Below, piece after piece: positions 8,982 to 17,430 of a stretch of DNA of 64,000 bases; positions within the stretch are counted from its first letter, which is position 1, and each line of letters starts with the position of its first letter. The notes below the pieces were generated by a model. It was given only the letters and a program-made list of their open reading frames with translations, was not told where the DNA came from and did not search any database. Origin of the DNA: Candidatus Micrarchaeota archaeon. Lineage in GTDB: Archaea; Micrarchaeota; Micrarchaeia; Micrarchaeales; CABMGC01. Position numbers and translations under genes: made by a program. The stretch covers positions 51,052 to 115,051 of the forward strand of contig DAHXNY010000001.1 of assembly GCA_027365175.1 (NCBI GenBank). Reading direction: 5' to 3'.

Positions 8982-10283
8982 ATGGATCTTGGAGAAGGCC
9001 TTAGGAAAGCTATCGCAAAACTCAGCGGAGCTACCATAATAGACGCCAGGACCATACGCGAATTCAACAAGGAGCTTCAGCGCGCACTGATATCTTCAGA
9101 CGTGGAGCTCAACCTGGTGATGGCGCTTACCGGCAAGATAGAGAACGCGGCGCTTAAGGAGAAGCTCCCTGACGGGATAAGCCCTAAGGAGTACATAACC
9201 AACATGGTCTACGAGGAGCTTGTGAACCTCATGGGAAAGGATTACTCTCCTGAGATAAAGCCTAAGCGCATACTGCTCATGGGGATATACGGATCGGGTA
9301 AGACCACAACCACAGGAAAGCTTGCTAAATTCTATCAGGACAGAGGCCTGGGCGCAGGAGTAATATGCTGTGACATATCAAGGCCTGCCGCTTATGAGCA
9401 GCTGGAGAGCGTGGCCAAGCAGGCAGGAGTGGGATTCTACGGGATAAAGGGCGGAAAGGATGTAAAGGAGATTGTTAGCAAAGGATTGGAAGAGCTGAAG
9501 AACAAGAAGGTAATCATATGCGATTCTAGCGGAAGGAGCGGTATGGATGCGGAGATGATAACGGAGCTTAAGGAGATTGATGCCTCATTCAGGCCGGATG
9601 AAAGGTTCCTTGTGATAAATGCAGATATAGGACAGGTTGCAGGAAGGCAGGCGCGCGAGTTCGGCTCTGCCGTCGGAATAAACGGAGTGATAGTTACAAA
9701 GATGGATGGGTCTGGAAGAGGAGGGGGAGCACTCAGCGCTGTGAATGAATCCGGAGCCAAGGTAGCTTTCATAGGCACAGGAGAGAAACTTGCAGACCTG
9801 GAGCTTTATGATTCGAAGAAATTTGTCGGCAGGCTGCTGGGAATGCCTGACATAGAGTCGCTTATTGCAAAGGTAAACGAGGCGGCGAAGAGCGTCGGCG
9901 TGAAGGAGATGACTGATATAAACGAACTTAACTTTGACATGTTCTACCAGCAGTTAAAAGCGATGTCAAAGATGGGGCCCATGAAGAACGTATTGGGAAT
10001 GATGGGCCTTGCGGATGTTCCCAAGGAGATGGTAGAAGGAGGTGAGAGCAAGCTTAAGATTTACGAGTCTATAATAGGGTCTATGACAAAAGCGGAGAGG
10101 AACGATGAGAAATTGGTCAGGAATCCGGATAGGATAAGAAGAATCGCAAAAGGAAGCGGGAGGACGGAAAAGGACGTGAGAGGTTTGCTGAATGACTTCA
10201 ACAGGATGAAGAAGATTGCAGGACTTATGAAGAATGACAGGGCATTCAAGAAAAACTTCTCAAAATTTGCAGGAATGAAATGA
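8982..10283 (+). CDS. srp54: Signal recognition particle protein SRP54
   Basis: GIYGSGKTTT, DSSGR, TKMDG, FIGTGEK, M domain IIGSMT..ER..RIRRIAKGSG. Confidence 0.97.
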   Translation: MDLGEGLRKAIAKLSGATIIDARTIREFNKELQRALISSDVELNLVMALTGKIENAALKEKLPDGISPKEYITNMVYEELVNLMGKDYSPEIKPKRILLMGIYGSGKTTTTGKLAKFYQDRGLGAGVICCDISRPAAYEQLESVAKQAGVGFYGIKGGKDVKEIVSKGLEELKNKKVIICDSSGRSGMDAEMITELKEIDASFRPDERFLVINADIGQVAGRQAREFGSAVGINGVIVTKMDGSGRGGGALSAVNESGAKVAFIGTGEKLADLELYDSKKFVGRLLGMPDIESLIAKVNEAAKSVGVKEMTDINELNFDMFYQQLKAMSKMGPMKNVLGMMGLADVPKEMVEGGESKLKIYESIIGSMTKAERNDEKLVRNPDRIRRIAKGSGRTEKDVRGLLNDFNRMKKIAGLMKNDRAFKKNFSKFAGMK

Positions 10284-10345
10284 AAAAAGAAGAAAAGAAA
10301 AGAGATAAAGGATGAAAAAAAGAAAATGAAAAAAACTTCATCCTT
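10284..10345. terminator. Probable terminator between convergent srp54 and small basic ORF
   Basis: Inverted repeat AAGGATGAA (10308-10316)/TTCATCCTT (10337-10345) with long U tracts on the minus strand. Confidence 0.5.
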
Positions 10346-10348
10346 AAA

Positions 10349-10414
10349 TTATCTCTTTCTCTTTGGCTTTGCTTTCTTGGCCTTTGACTTAGCCTTTTTC
10401 TTTGCTTTTGCCAT
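10349..10414 (-). CDS. 21-aa Lys/Ala-rich basic peptide MAKAKKKAKSKAKKAKPKRKR
   Basis: ATG..TAA read by hand; GTGA 5 nt before ATG, TTTAAATA about 30 nt upstream, U-rich hairpin downstream. Confidence 0.65.
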   Translation of the reverse strand: MAKAKKKAKSKAKKAKPKRKR

Positions 10415-10531
10415 TTTATTCACGGTATAAATGAAGTTAAGCATATATTTAAAAGATAATTTTAGTAATATTGAGTACGATAAAAGGTTTTTACGTCCGT
10501 AAAATGTTTTTATCTGAATACAAGTGATAAT

Positions 10532-11644
10532 TTGTCCGACAAAGAAGCTCTAAAGAAGAAACTTGAGGAGCTTGAGAAGGAGTACAGCGGAACCAAGTAT
10601 AATAAGGCAACAAACAAGCACCTTGGCATACTCAGGGCGAAGATATCCGACATTAAAGAGCAGATGGAAAAGAAGAGTGGGAAGAAAGGGCAGGGCTTCT
10701 CCATTAGGAAAAGCGGCAACGCGACCGTGTGCATGGTAGGGTTCCCTAACGCAGGCAAGTCTTCAACGCTGAACGCACTTACAGGAGTAGAGTCAAAGGT
10801 AGCAGGGTATGCTTTCACAACTCTGGACGTGATTCCGGGCAGCCTTGGTTACAAGGGCGCCACTATACAGATATTTGACCTGCCAGGGATAGTGGAGGAA
10901 GCACATGAAGGAAAAGGCAGAGGAAGGGAGATAATAAGCGTCATGCGCTCTGCGGACCTTATCTTGTTTGTCGTCGATATAAACGATTACAACGGGGTAT
11001 TCAAGCTCATTGAAGAGTTGAAACTCGGGAAGATAAGGGTCAATTCAAAAAAGCCTTTGATAAGAGTTGAGAAGAAACCTTCCGGAGGAGTTACTGTATC
11101 TTCTAGCTTTGGGAAGGTGCCGCCTCGTGAAAAAATACTCGATTCCCTTAACAGGCACAAGATATTCAATGCAAATGTTTACCTCAATGGGGACTGTTCA
11201 GAAGAAGAGTTTGAGGAGTTCCTTGATGGCCAGGTCATGTATCTGGATGCGGTGATTGCAGTAAACAAGATAGACCAGAAGACCGATGCCGATGTTAAAA
11301 GGGTTGTTGCTGAGGTGGAGAAGAAGAGCGGGATGCGCGCTGTGCCAATAAGCGCAGAGTATATGACAAATATAGACGTGCTTAAGGAAACCATCTTTGT
11401 CTCTTTAGGACTGATAAGAATTTACCTCAGGCCGAAGGGAGGAATTGCGGACTTTGAAAAACCTCTTGTCCTTGACCAAGGAAGCACGGTACTGGATGCT
11501 GCCAAAAAGCTGAATTCCAAAACCGCAAAAGATGCCGTTTGCGCTTATGTCACCGGACCCAGTGCAAAATTCAAGGCCCAGAGGATGGGGATAGAGCATG
11601 TACTCATGGATGGGGACATTGTCACTCTTGTCTATAGGAAATAG
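10532..11644 (+). CDS. DRG/Rbg-type OBG-family GTPase with TGS domain
   Basis: KYNKATNKHLG, GFPNAGKS, YAFTTL, DLPG, NKID, C-terminal TGS; TTG start with GTGA. Confidence 0.95.
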   Translation: MSDKEALKKKLEELEKEYSGTKYNKATNKHLGILRAKISDIKEQMEKKSGKKGQGFSIRKSGNATVCMVGFPNAGKSSTLNALTGVESKVAGYAFTTLDVIPGSLGYKGATIQIFDLPGIVEEAHEGKGRGREIISVMRSADLILFVVDINDYNGVFKLIEELKLGKIRVNSKKPLIRVEKKPSGGVTVSSSFGKVPPREKILDSLNRHKIFNANVYLNGDCSEEEFEEFLDGQVMYLDAVIAVNKIDQKTDADVKRVVAEVEKKSGMRAVPISAEYMTNIDVLKETIFVSLGLIRIYLRPKGGIADFEKPLVLDQGSTVLDAAKKLNSKTAKDAVCAYVTGPSAKFKAQRMGIEHVLMDGDIVTLVYRK

Positions 11645-11679
11645 TATACCAATAAATCCTTTTCTTAGGATAAATCATT

Positions 11680-12099
11680 ATGCCTATAAAGTATTGGGAG
11701 TATGAGGATGCGCCCCTCAAGGAGAAACTCAAGGACATAAGTGTTAAGCATGTCGCGAAGATATATTTTGAGAATGAGACCAAGGCCTACAGGTTCGCAC
11801 GTGCGCTTTACGAGGTCAAAGAGAGGAAGGAACTGCGGCTAAGAGACTGCCCCGACGATCTGCCACAGGCTACATGGAAGAGGTATCTTGATTATGGAGT
11901 CACTGTAGGGATACTGAAGCATGAATCAGGCATGTATAGCTTTACCGACAGGTATTCCAAGCCTTTGAGGAACATTGCAACATACATAGGAGAATGGATA
12001 AGCTCGGACAAGAAGGAGGATCTCGGAATCGTGTTTGCTAGCGCAAAGACTGGAAGGCAGGTGAAGCGTGGAGGAAGGAATGAGAGTGAAAAGAAGTAG
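11680..12099 (+). CDS. Hypothetical protein, possible winged-helix DNA-binding fold
   Basis: LPQATWKRYLDYGVTVGILKHESGMYSF resembles a recognition helix plus wing. Confidence 0.6.
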   Translation: MPIKYWEYEDAPLKEKLKDISVKHVAKIYFENETKAYRFARALYEVKERKELRLRDCPDDLPQATWKRYLDYGVTVGILKHESGMYSFTDRYSKPLRNIATYIGEWISSDKKEDLGIVFASAKTGRQVKRGGRNESEKK

Positions 12100-12101
12100 C
12101 T

Positions 12102-13541
12102 TCAGTTGACATAGTACCACAGGGTGCCGTACCTGCTATCCTCTATCTTCAACGAATAGTTATCCAGCAGCTTGTTCCTTATCACATCTGCTTCTTCGTA
12201 CTTCTTCTCCGTCCTTAATCTGTTCCGCTCTTCTATAAGCTTGCGCTCTTCGCCACCTATTGCCCGCTTGTACTTTCCATCCTCGAATATGCCTATGACT
12301 GAAGAGAGCTCGACCACCTTTGATACTGCGTTCTTCTTTGCTGCGCTGTTCAAGGTAGTATTGGTCTCTGCGATCTTCCTGAAATCCTCTATTGCAGAAT
12401 GGAGCTTGGTCAATGCAAGAGGAGTATTGAAATTGTCATTCATAGCTTCCGTGAATTCCTTTTCCAGGAATGCAGTTACTTCCTGCAGCTCACTGGCAGA
12501 GTCGTCATCTTCGGTTTCACCGGCGTTGTATAGCATGCTCATTGACGATCTTAGGAAGTTGAGCATGCTCGCCGTCTCTTCGAGAAGGCTTTCCCTGTAC
12601 TCCATGTCCTTGATATAGTGCGTCCTTGCGACCATCAGCCTTATCGTCTCCGGATCGTATTTCTCAAGTGCCTGCCTTATTGTAACGAAATTGTGCAGGC
12701 TTTTGGACATCTTGTCCTCGCCTACATTCATAGTGCCCGCATGTATCCAGTATCTTACGAATGGCTTAACCCCGAATGCTGCTTCCGCCTGTGCTATCTC
12801 ATTTGAATGGTGAGGGAAGATCAGCTCTCTCGCCCCTCCGTGTATATCGTATGTGGCTCCGAATATCGCGTGTGTCATTGCAGTATCTTCTATGTGCCAG
12901 CCTGGCCTGCCTTCGAACTCCTTTGATTTGCCATGCAGGTTGAGAGTTATCTTCCATGACGGCTCCCCGGGTTTTGCTGCCTTCCATAATGCAAAATCAT
13001 ATTCGTGCCTCTTGCCTGCCTTGGGTTCTATCCTGTGCTTTTCCAGCTCCTCAAGCTTCATTCCTGAAAGTTTGGTGTAGTCGGGGAACTTTGCAACATC
13101 GTAGTAGATGTCGCTGTCGAGTTCGTATGCATATCCCTTATCTATAAGGAGCTGTATCTGCAGCTTTATCTCATCCATGTAGTCATGGGATTTCAGATAC
13201 TTGTCCACATTCTTAGTGACTCCGAGCTTCTCCATATCTTCCATTAGGCGCTGCATATAGAGATTTGACAGCTCTTCGGGAGATACATTCCTTTCATGAG
13301 ACCTCCGGATTATCTTGTCATCTACATCGGTTATGCTTTGGATATAATTCACAGTATATCCTGAATGCCTCAGCCACCTGACTATTATGTCGTAATTTAT
13401 GTACGCCTTTGCATGCCCCAGGTGCGCATCGTCATATACGGTCTGGCCGCATACAAAGATATTTACCTTCCCGCTTGGAAATACAAGAAGGTCGTTGCTT
13501 CTCGTCAAGGTATTATACGCGGTTATTTTGTTTTCAGCCAT
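12102..13541 (-). CDS. cysS: Cysteine--tRNA ligase
   Basis: CGQTVYDDAHLGHA, TDVDDKII, DFALWK, GRPGWHIED, FPHH.NE, KMSKS. Confidence 0.97.
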   Translation of the reverse strand: MAENKITAYNTLTRSNDLLVFPSGKVNIFVCGQTVYDDAHLGHAKAYINYDIIVRWLRHSGYTVNYIQSITDVDDKIIRRSHERNVSPEELSNLYMQRLMEDMEKLGVTKNVDKYLKSHDYMDEIKLQIQLLIDKGYAYELDSDIYYDVAKFPDYTKLSGMKLEELEKHRIEPKAGKRHEYDFALWKAAKPGEPSWKITLNLHGKSKEFEGRPGWHIEDTAMTHAIFGATYDIHGGARELIFPHHSNEIAQAEAAFGVKPFVRYWIHAGTMNVGEDKMSKSLHNFVTIRQALEKYDPETIRLMVARTHYIKDMEYRESLLEETASMLNFLRSSMSMLYNAGETEDDDSASELQEVTAFLEKEFTEAMNDNFNTPLALTKLHSAIEDFRKIAETNTTLNSAAKKNAVSKVVELSSVIGIFEDGKYKRAIGGEERKLIEERNRLRTEKKYEEADVIRNKLLDNYSLKIEDSRYGTLWYYVN

Positions 13542-13546
13542 TATTA

Positions 13547-14314
13547 TCAGCCGCTGCTAGAGAGGTTTGCGTTTACCAATATTCTCGGTGTCTGTACAGG
13601 AGACGAGCCGAGGTAGAAGTTTCCTGCACTTATATACGAGTACTTTGAGGATATTGAAGCTTCAAGATCCGAGACTATCCTTACGCTGGCATTCTGGCAT
13701 AGGAGAGGGTATAGGTTAATGCTGCCGTTCAGGTAAGTTGTAAAGTAGTTAGAGGTTATGGATGAGTTGAAGGTGTTGAAATATACTCTTTCGAATATAG
13801 AATTGCCAGATATTACTTCCAGGTAAAGTCCTTTGTTCTGCGCAGAGATTATTTTGAAGTTTAGATAAGGCTCGGTTACCAAGAATGGAGCTGACGTCAG
13901 GTTGCCTTGACCTGATACAAATCCCTGGAATGTCGAGGCTACGAAGGTGTTGTTGTACCCTGACCAAGGGGCCCCGTAGTAGTTGTGCTGCTTGTTCTGA
14001 TAAGTAAGATTGAGAGGTGCATTGCCAAAAGCCTTGCCGGTTACATTCCATCCCAAATAAGTGCCTGTGGAGAAATTGCCATTATAGATAGGTGTCACAG
14101 TAGGTGTTGGTGGAACACAGAACGTATATGCGCTTCTTCTGGTAGTGGTGGATGCTGATGATGTGGGTATTGAAGTTGAAGTTGTAGTCGAAGTAGAGGT
14201 CGTTGGAAGTATGTGTATTGCTGCTTTGCCACCTGTGCTTAAATTTAACAACACTGCTATTATTACAAGTATGACGAGAGCTCCTGCGTATATGGTTATT
14301 TTCTTTGTGTTCAT
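13547..14314 (-). CDS. Membrane-anchored secreted protein with Thr/Ser linker and beta-rich domain
   Basis: N-terminal TM, TTSTSTTT linker, NGNF..G...GW.VTG.AFG, many N-x-S/T sequons. Confidence 0.75.
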   Translation of the reverse strand: MNTKKITIYAGALVILVIIAVLLNLSTGGKAAIHILPTTSTSTTTSTSIPTSSASTTTRRSAYTFCVPPTPTVTPIYNGNFSTGTYLGWNVTGKAFGNAPLNLTYQNKQHNYYGAPWSGYNNTFVASTFQGFVSGQGNLTSAPFLVTEPYLNFKIISAQNKGLYLEVISGNSIFERVYFNTFNSSITSNYFTTYLNGSINLYPLLCQNASVRIVSDLEASISSKYSYISAGNFYLGSSPVQTPRILVNANLSSSG

Positions 14315-14433
14315 GTAGACATCTTAAGATAAAGATTTTAGTGTATATTTATAAATTATCCCTAATAAGCTTAATAGATATATTGTTTTCATTATTTGTT
14401 ATATTTTAAGTATAATTAGCATTGGTGCTCATT

Positions 14434-14547
14434 TTGGGAAGCATACCTAGAAAATGGAAAAAGAAAGGAAGAATGCGCTGGAAATGGGTAAAGAAAAGAA
14501 GGAAAAGAATAAAGAGAGCGCAGAAGAGAAGGGTAGGAGACCTTTAA
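14434..14547 (+). CDS. rpl41e: Ribosomal protein eL41 (L41e/eS32), 37 aa, absent from the ORF track
   Basis: TTG start after [41 protein letters not shown] carries the archaeal [11 protein letters not shown] signature. Confidence 0.9.
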   Translation: MGSIPRKWKKKGRMRWKWVKKRRKRIKRAQKRRVGDL

Positions 14548-14549
14548 AG

Positions 14550-15140
14550 TTAGCTAAGCAGGGTTCTTGTCTGATATCTGCCTCTTTTCTTTATTTCGTC
14601 AAGTCTGGAGATCACCTTCAGGTACTCCTTTGAGACTGAGGCGTAGCCCTTCCTGGCATTTGCATAGGCAGCTTTGCTTATGGATCTTTCCAGCAGGAGC
14701 AGGTCCAGTGCCTTCTCCTCCTCGCTGTTGGAGAAATTGCCCAGGCCGAAGTCTATTATGTATGGACCGTCCTTCGTGAGCATAAGGTTTGCTGAGGTGA
14801 AATCCCCGTGGGTTATCCCTTGGGCATGCATATAACCTAGGAACCTGCCGATGGTGCGCATATCTTTTGCAGTAGGTTTTGAATCCTTAAGCAGCTTTCC
14901 CTCTATCTTCTGCATGAATATAGAGTATTTGCCTGTTGCAGCCACTCCTGGTACGGCTGCGCCTGCCTTTTTTGCCAAGACCATTAGCTTCGCTTCCCTC
15001 TTCGTTCTCCTCTCCCGGAGTTCTTCGTCTATTCTGGCTATGCGCCATGCCTTCCTGTTTCTTGCCTTTACAAGCAGGGGTTTGCCCGAAAGCCTTATCT
15101 CGAACATTACCGCTTCTGCACCCTCGCTCAGCCTTTCCAT
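14550..15140 (-). CDS. bud32: KEOPS kinase Bud32
   Basis: GAEA, RT.REAKL, HGDFTSAN, IDFGLG, KALDL, RGRY; overlaps kae1. Confidence 0.93.
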   Translation of the reverse strand: MERLSEGAEAVMFEIRLSGKPLLVKARNRKAWRIARIDEELRERRTKREAKLMVLAKKAGAAVPGVAATGKYSIFMQKIEGKLLKDSKPTAKDMRTIGRFLGYMHAQGITHGDFTSANLMLTKDGPYIIDFGLGNFSNSEEEKALDLLLLERSISKAAYANARKGYASVSKEYLKVISRLDEIKKRGRYQTRTLLS

Positions 15141-16099
15141 AGCTTCACCTCGTCAATCCTGTACCTCTGTTCTATATTGCATTCCTGCAGCTTCGCTTTT
15201 GTCCCGTGCGCAAGCATCTGCTCTGCTACAAGAGCTATCATCGCACCGTTGTCCGCATTGAAGGGGTCTTCAGCATATCCGAATCTTATGTGATGCTCCT
15301 CTGCCATCCCATTTAGCATGCGCTTCAGCCTTTTTGACTGTGCAACTCCTCCGCATACGCACAATTCCTTGGAGTTTGTCAGGAGCAGCGCACGCTCCGT
15401 GGCCTCTGTGAGCATAGCATATGCAGTCTCCTGCACCGAGAAGCATATGTCCTTATTGTCGTGCTTTCCTTTCATCTTTGAAGCGTGCGTCAGAATACCT
15501 GTAAATGAAAAATCCATTCCCTTAACAGTATAGGGCATGTCTATGTATCTGCCGTTCTCTGCAGTCTTTTCCACTGTTGATCCCCATGCAGGATATAATT
15601 CAAGAGACCTTGCAAGCGAATCGAGCATGTTGCCTATCCCTATGTCAAAGGTCTCTCCAAGTATTTTGTATCTGTCGCCGTATTTTTTTAATATCTGTGA
15701 GTTTCCACCGCTTACGTAAAGGGCCAGCGGATCCTTGAGTTTTGCCCTTTTCTTCGCTATCTCAATATGGCCTATCCCATGATTTACGGGGACTATTGGA
15801 ACATTAAGCTTTTTTGCAAGAGTCTTTGCGGAGAGCATGCCTACGTGCAGGCAGTGGCCTATCCCAGGCCCCTTGGTATAACCTATCCCGCTGATGTCCT
15901 TGAAGCTTATCCCTGCCTCCTGCAGTGCTTCTTGTATCACTCCTGCAGCGTTATTCAGATGCGTCTCTGCTACCTCTTTGGGTATCATGCCTTTGCCGCC
16001 TATCTTGTACATGGCCTTTGCATTTGCTATCACTCTTCCGTTATCGACTATACCTACGCCAAATGTATGGGCGCTGCTCTCTATTCCAAGTACTGCCAT
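15128..16099 (-). CDS. kae1: t6A threonylcarbamoyltransferase Kae1
   Basis: LGIESSAHT, GPG, NHGIGHIE, YVSGGN, GET.D, DNGAMIA; start placed at ATG of MAVLG. Confidence 0.96.
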   Translation of the reverse strand: MAVLGIESSAHTFGVGIVDNGRVIANAKAMYKIGGKGMIPKEVAETHLNNAAGVIQEALQEAGISFKDISGIGYTKGPGIGHCLHVGMLSAKTLAKKLNVPIVPVNHGIGHIEIAKKRAKLKDPLALYVSGGNSQILKKYGDRYKILGETFDIGIGNMLDSLARSLELYPAWGSTVEKTAENGRYIDMPYTVKGMDFSFTGILTHASKMKGKHDNKDICFSVQETAYAMLTEATERALLLTNSKELCVCGGVAQSKRLKRMLNGMAEEHHIRFGYAEDPFNADNGAMIALVAEQMLAHGTKAKLQECNIEQRYRIDEVKLWKG

Positions 16100-16109
16100 T
16101 GAATCAGGA

Positions 16110-17225
16110 TTAATCGTGTAACATGAACGCTTCAAGCTTCTTCTCGAGCTTCTTCTTTGCCTCTCTGTGCTCCTTCATGAATTTGTTTATGCGCATAGAA
16201 AGATCCTTCTTGTGCTCTCCTGCAAGAAGGCTGCCGTCCCTTTCCCCTTCGAATATCGCATTTAGCTTCTTGTCTTCGGGCTCAAACATGTATTTGTAGT
16301 ATTGGCAGACTGCGCATTTGTCCGGGTTTCCGCCATGCTTCTTCTGCAGCTCTATTGTTGCCTGCTGTCCGGTTATCGCCTTGTTTACCTTCTTCACAAC
16401 TGTAGCTTCATCATCAGAGAGATATATCGTATCGTTAGGGTCGCTTGATGACATCTTCGGGTTCATTGAGAGCCCGGGCATGAACTTCGATACTAGAGAT
16501 GCAGGCTTGTAATAACCAAGTTTCGATATGGCATTCCTTGCTACCCTGAAGTGCACATCCTGATCAACCCCCATAGGTATCAGGCATGGCACATTCTTCT
16601 CTGCCTGCACCGACTTCAAGAATGCAGGTACTGCCTGGAATGATGTGTAGAATAGCGCGCCTATGTTTGTGTCATTGCCAAATCCGAACGCATCCTTTAT
16701 TATCGAGTAAGTTATGTACTTAGAGACACGGACTGCCTGCTTGTACAGGGTCTTTGCGTACTCGGTATCAAGGAATATCTGCGTCTTCCTGCTGTCGAAT
16801 CCCAAGGCAGCTATGTCCAGCGCATCCTCCATGGCAAGCGTATGCCCGTTATCTAGTGTGAATGCAGGATTGCGCTTGACAAGGAACTTCTCCTCGTCAG
16901 GTATCATTATGAGAACCTCGGCTCCGAATCTGTCCTGAAGCCATTTTGCCATCTGGAACTGCATTGTTTGCGCTATAGTCATTCCTCCCGAAGGAGCTAT
17001 GCCAGTATAAACGTAGAATTTGTCTCCTTTTTCATACTGGTCAAGAAGCCAGTTGATATCCCTTTCTGCAAAATATATGCCTCTCCGCAACATATAGTTG
17101 CTGCCCTTTGCCAGTCTCTCCAGTCTCTCTGTGGTTTCACTCGTTAGAGGCTTCAGCCCGAAATCAGTAATTACTTTGGTGTAGTCTATGTCTCCTTTGA
17201 CTTCGTATGGGTTTACGGTCTGCAT
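16110..17225 (-). CDS. trpS: Tryptophan--tRNA ligase (archaeal type, atypical HIGH motif)
   Basis: V.PYEV.G.IDY, RRG..F..RD, YTG..PS, CLIP.GVDQD.HFR, KMSSS, GG.P..C. Confidence 0.88.
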   Translation of the reverse strand: MQTVNPYEVKGDIDYTKVITDFGLKPLTSETTERLERLAKGSNYMLRRGIYFAERDINWLLDQYEKGDKFYVYTGIAPSGGMTIAQTMQFQMAKWLQDRFGAEVLIMIPDEEKFLVKRNPAFTLDNGHTLAMEDALDIAALGFDSRKTQIFLDTEYAKTLYKQAVRVSKYITYSIIKDAFGFGNDTNIGALFYTSFQAVPAFLKSVQAEKNVPCLIPMGVDQDVHFRVARNAISKLGYYKPASLVSKFMPGLSMNPKMSSSDPNDTIYLSDDEATVVKKVNKAITGQQATIELQKKHGGNPDKCAVCQYYKYMFEPEDKKLNAIFEGERDGSLLAGEHKKDLSMRINKFMKEHREAKKKLEKKLEAFMLHD

Positions 17226-17430
17226 AGATATACATAGTATAGATTATCTTATAATACATATTCTTACTTCAATTAAGAGATAGGTACGCTTCCTTGCTGC
17301 ATTTCCATAGTCTTCCGTTTCAGACATTATTTTTTGACAAAATGTTCCCTTATCTAATATTAGGTATTTGTCGTTGGTAATTCCTGAAATAGAAGATAGG
17401 TATTTAAATTATGGTTTTTAGAGTATATAG

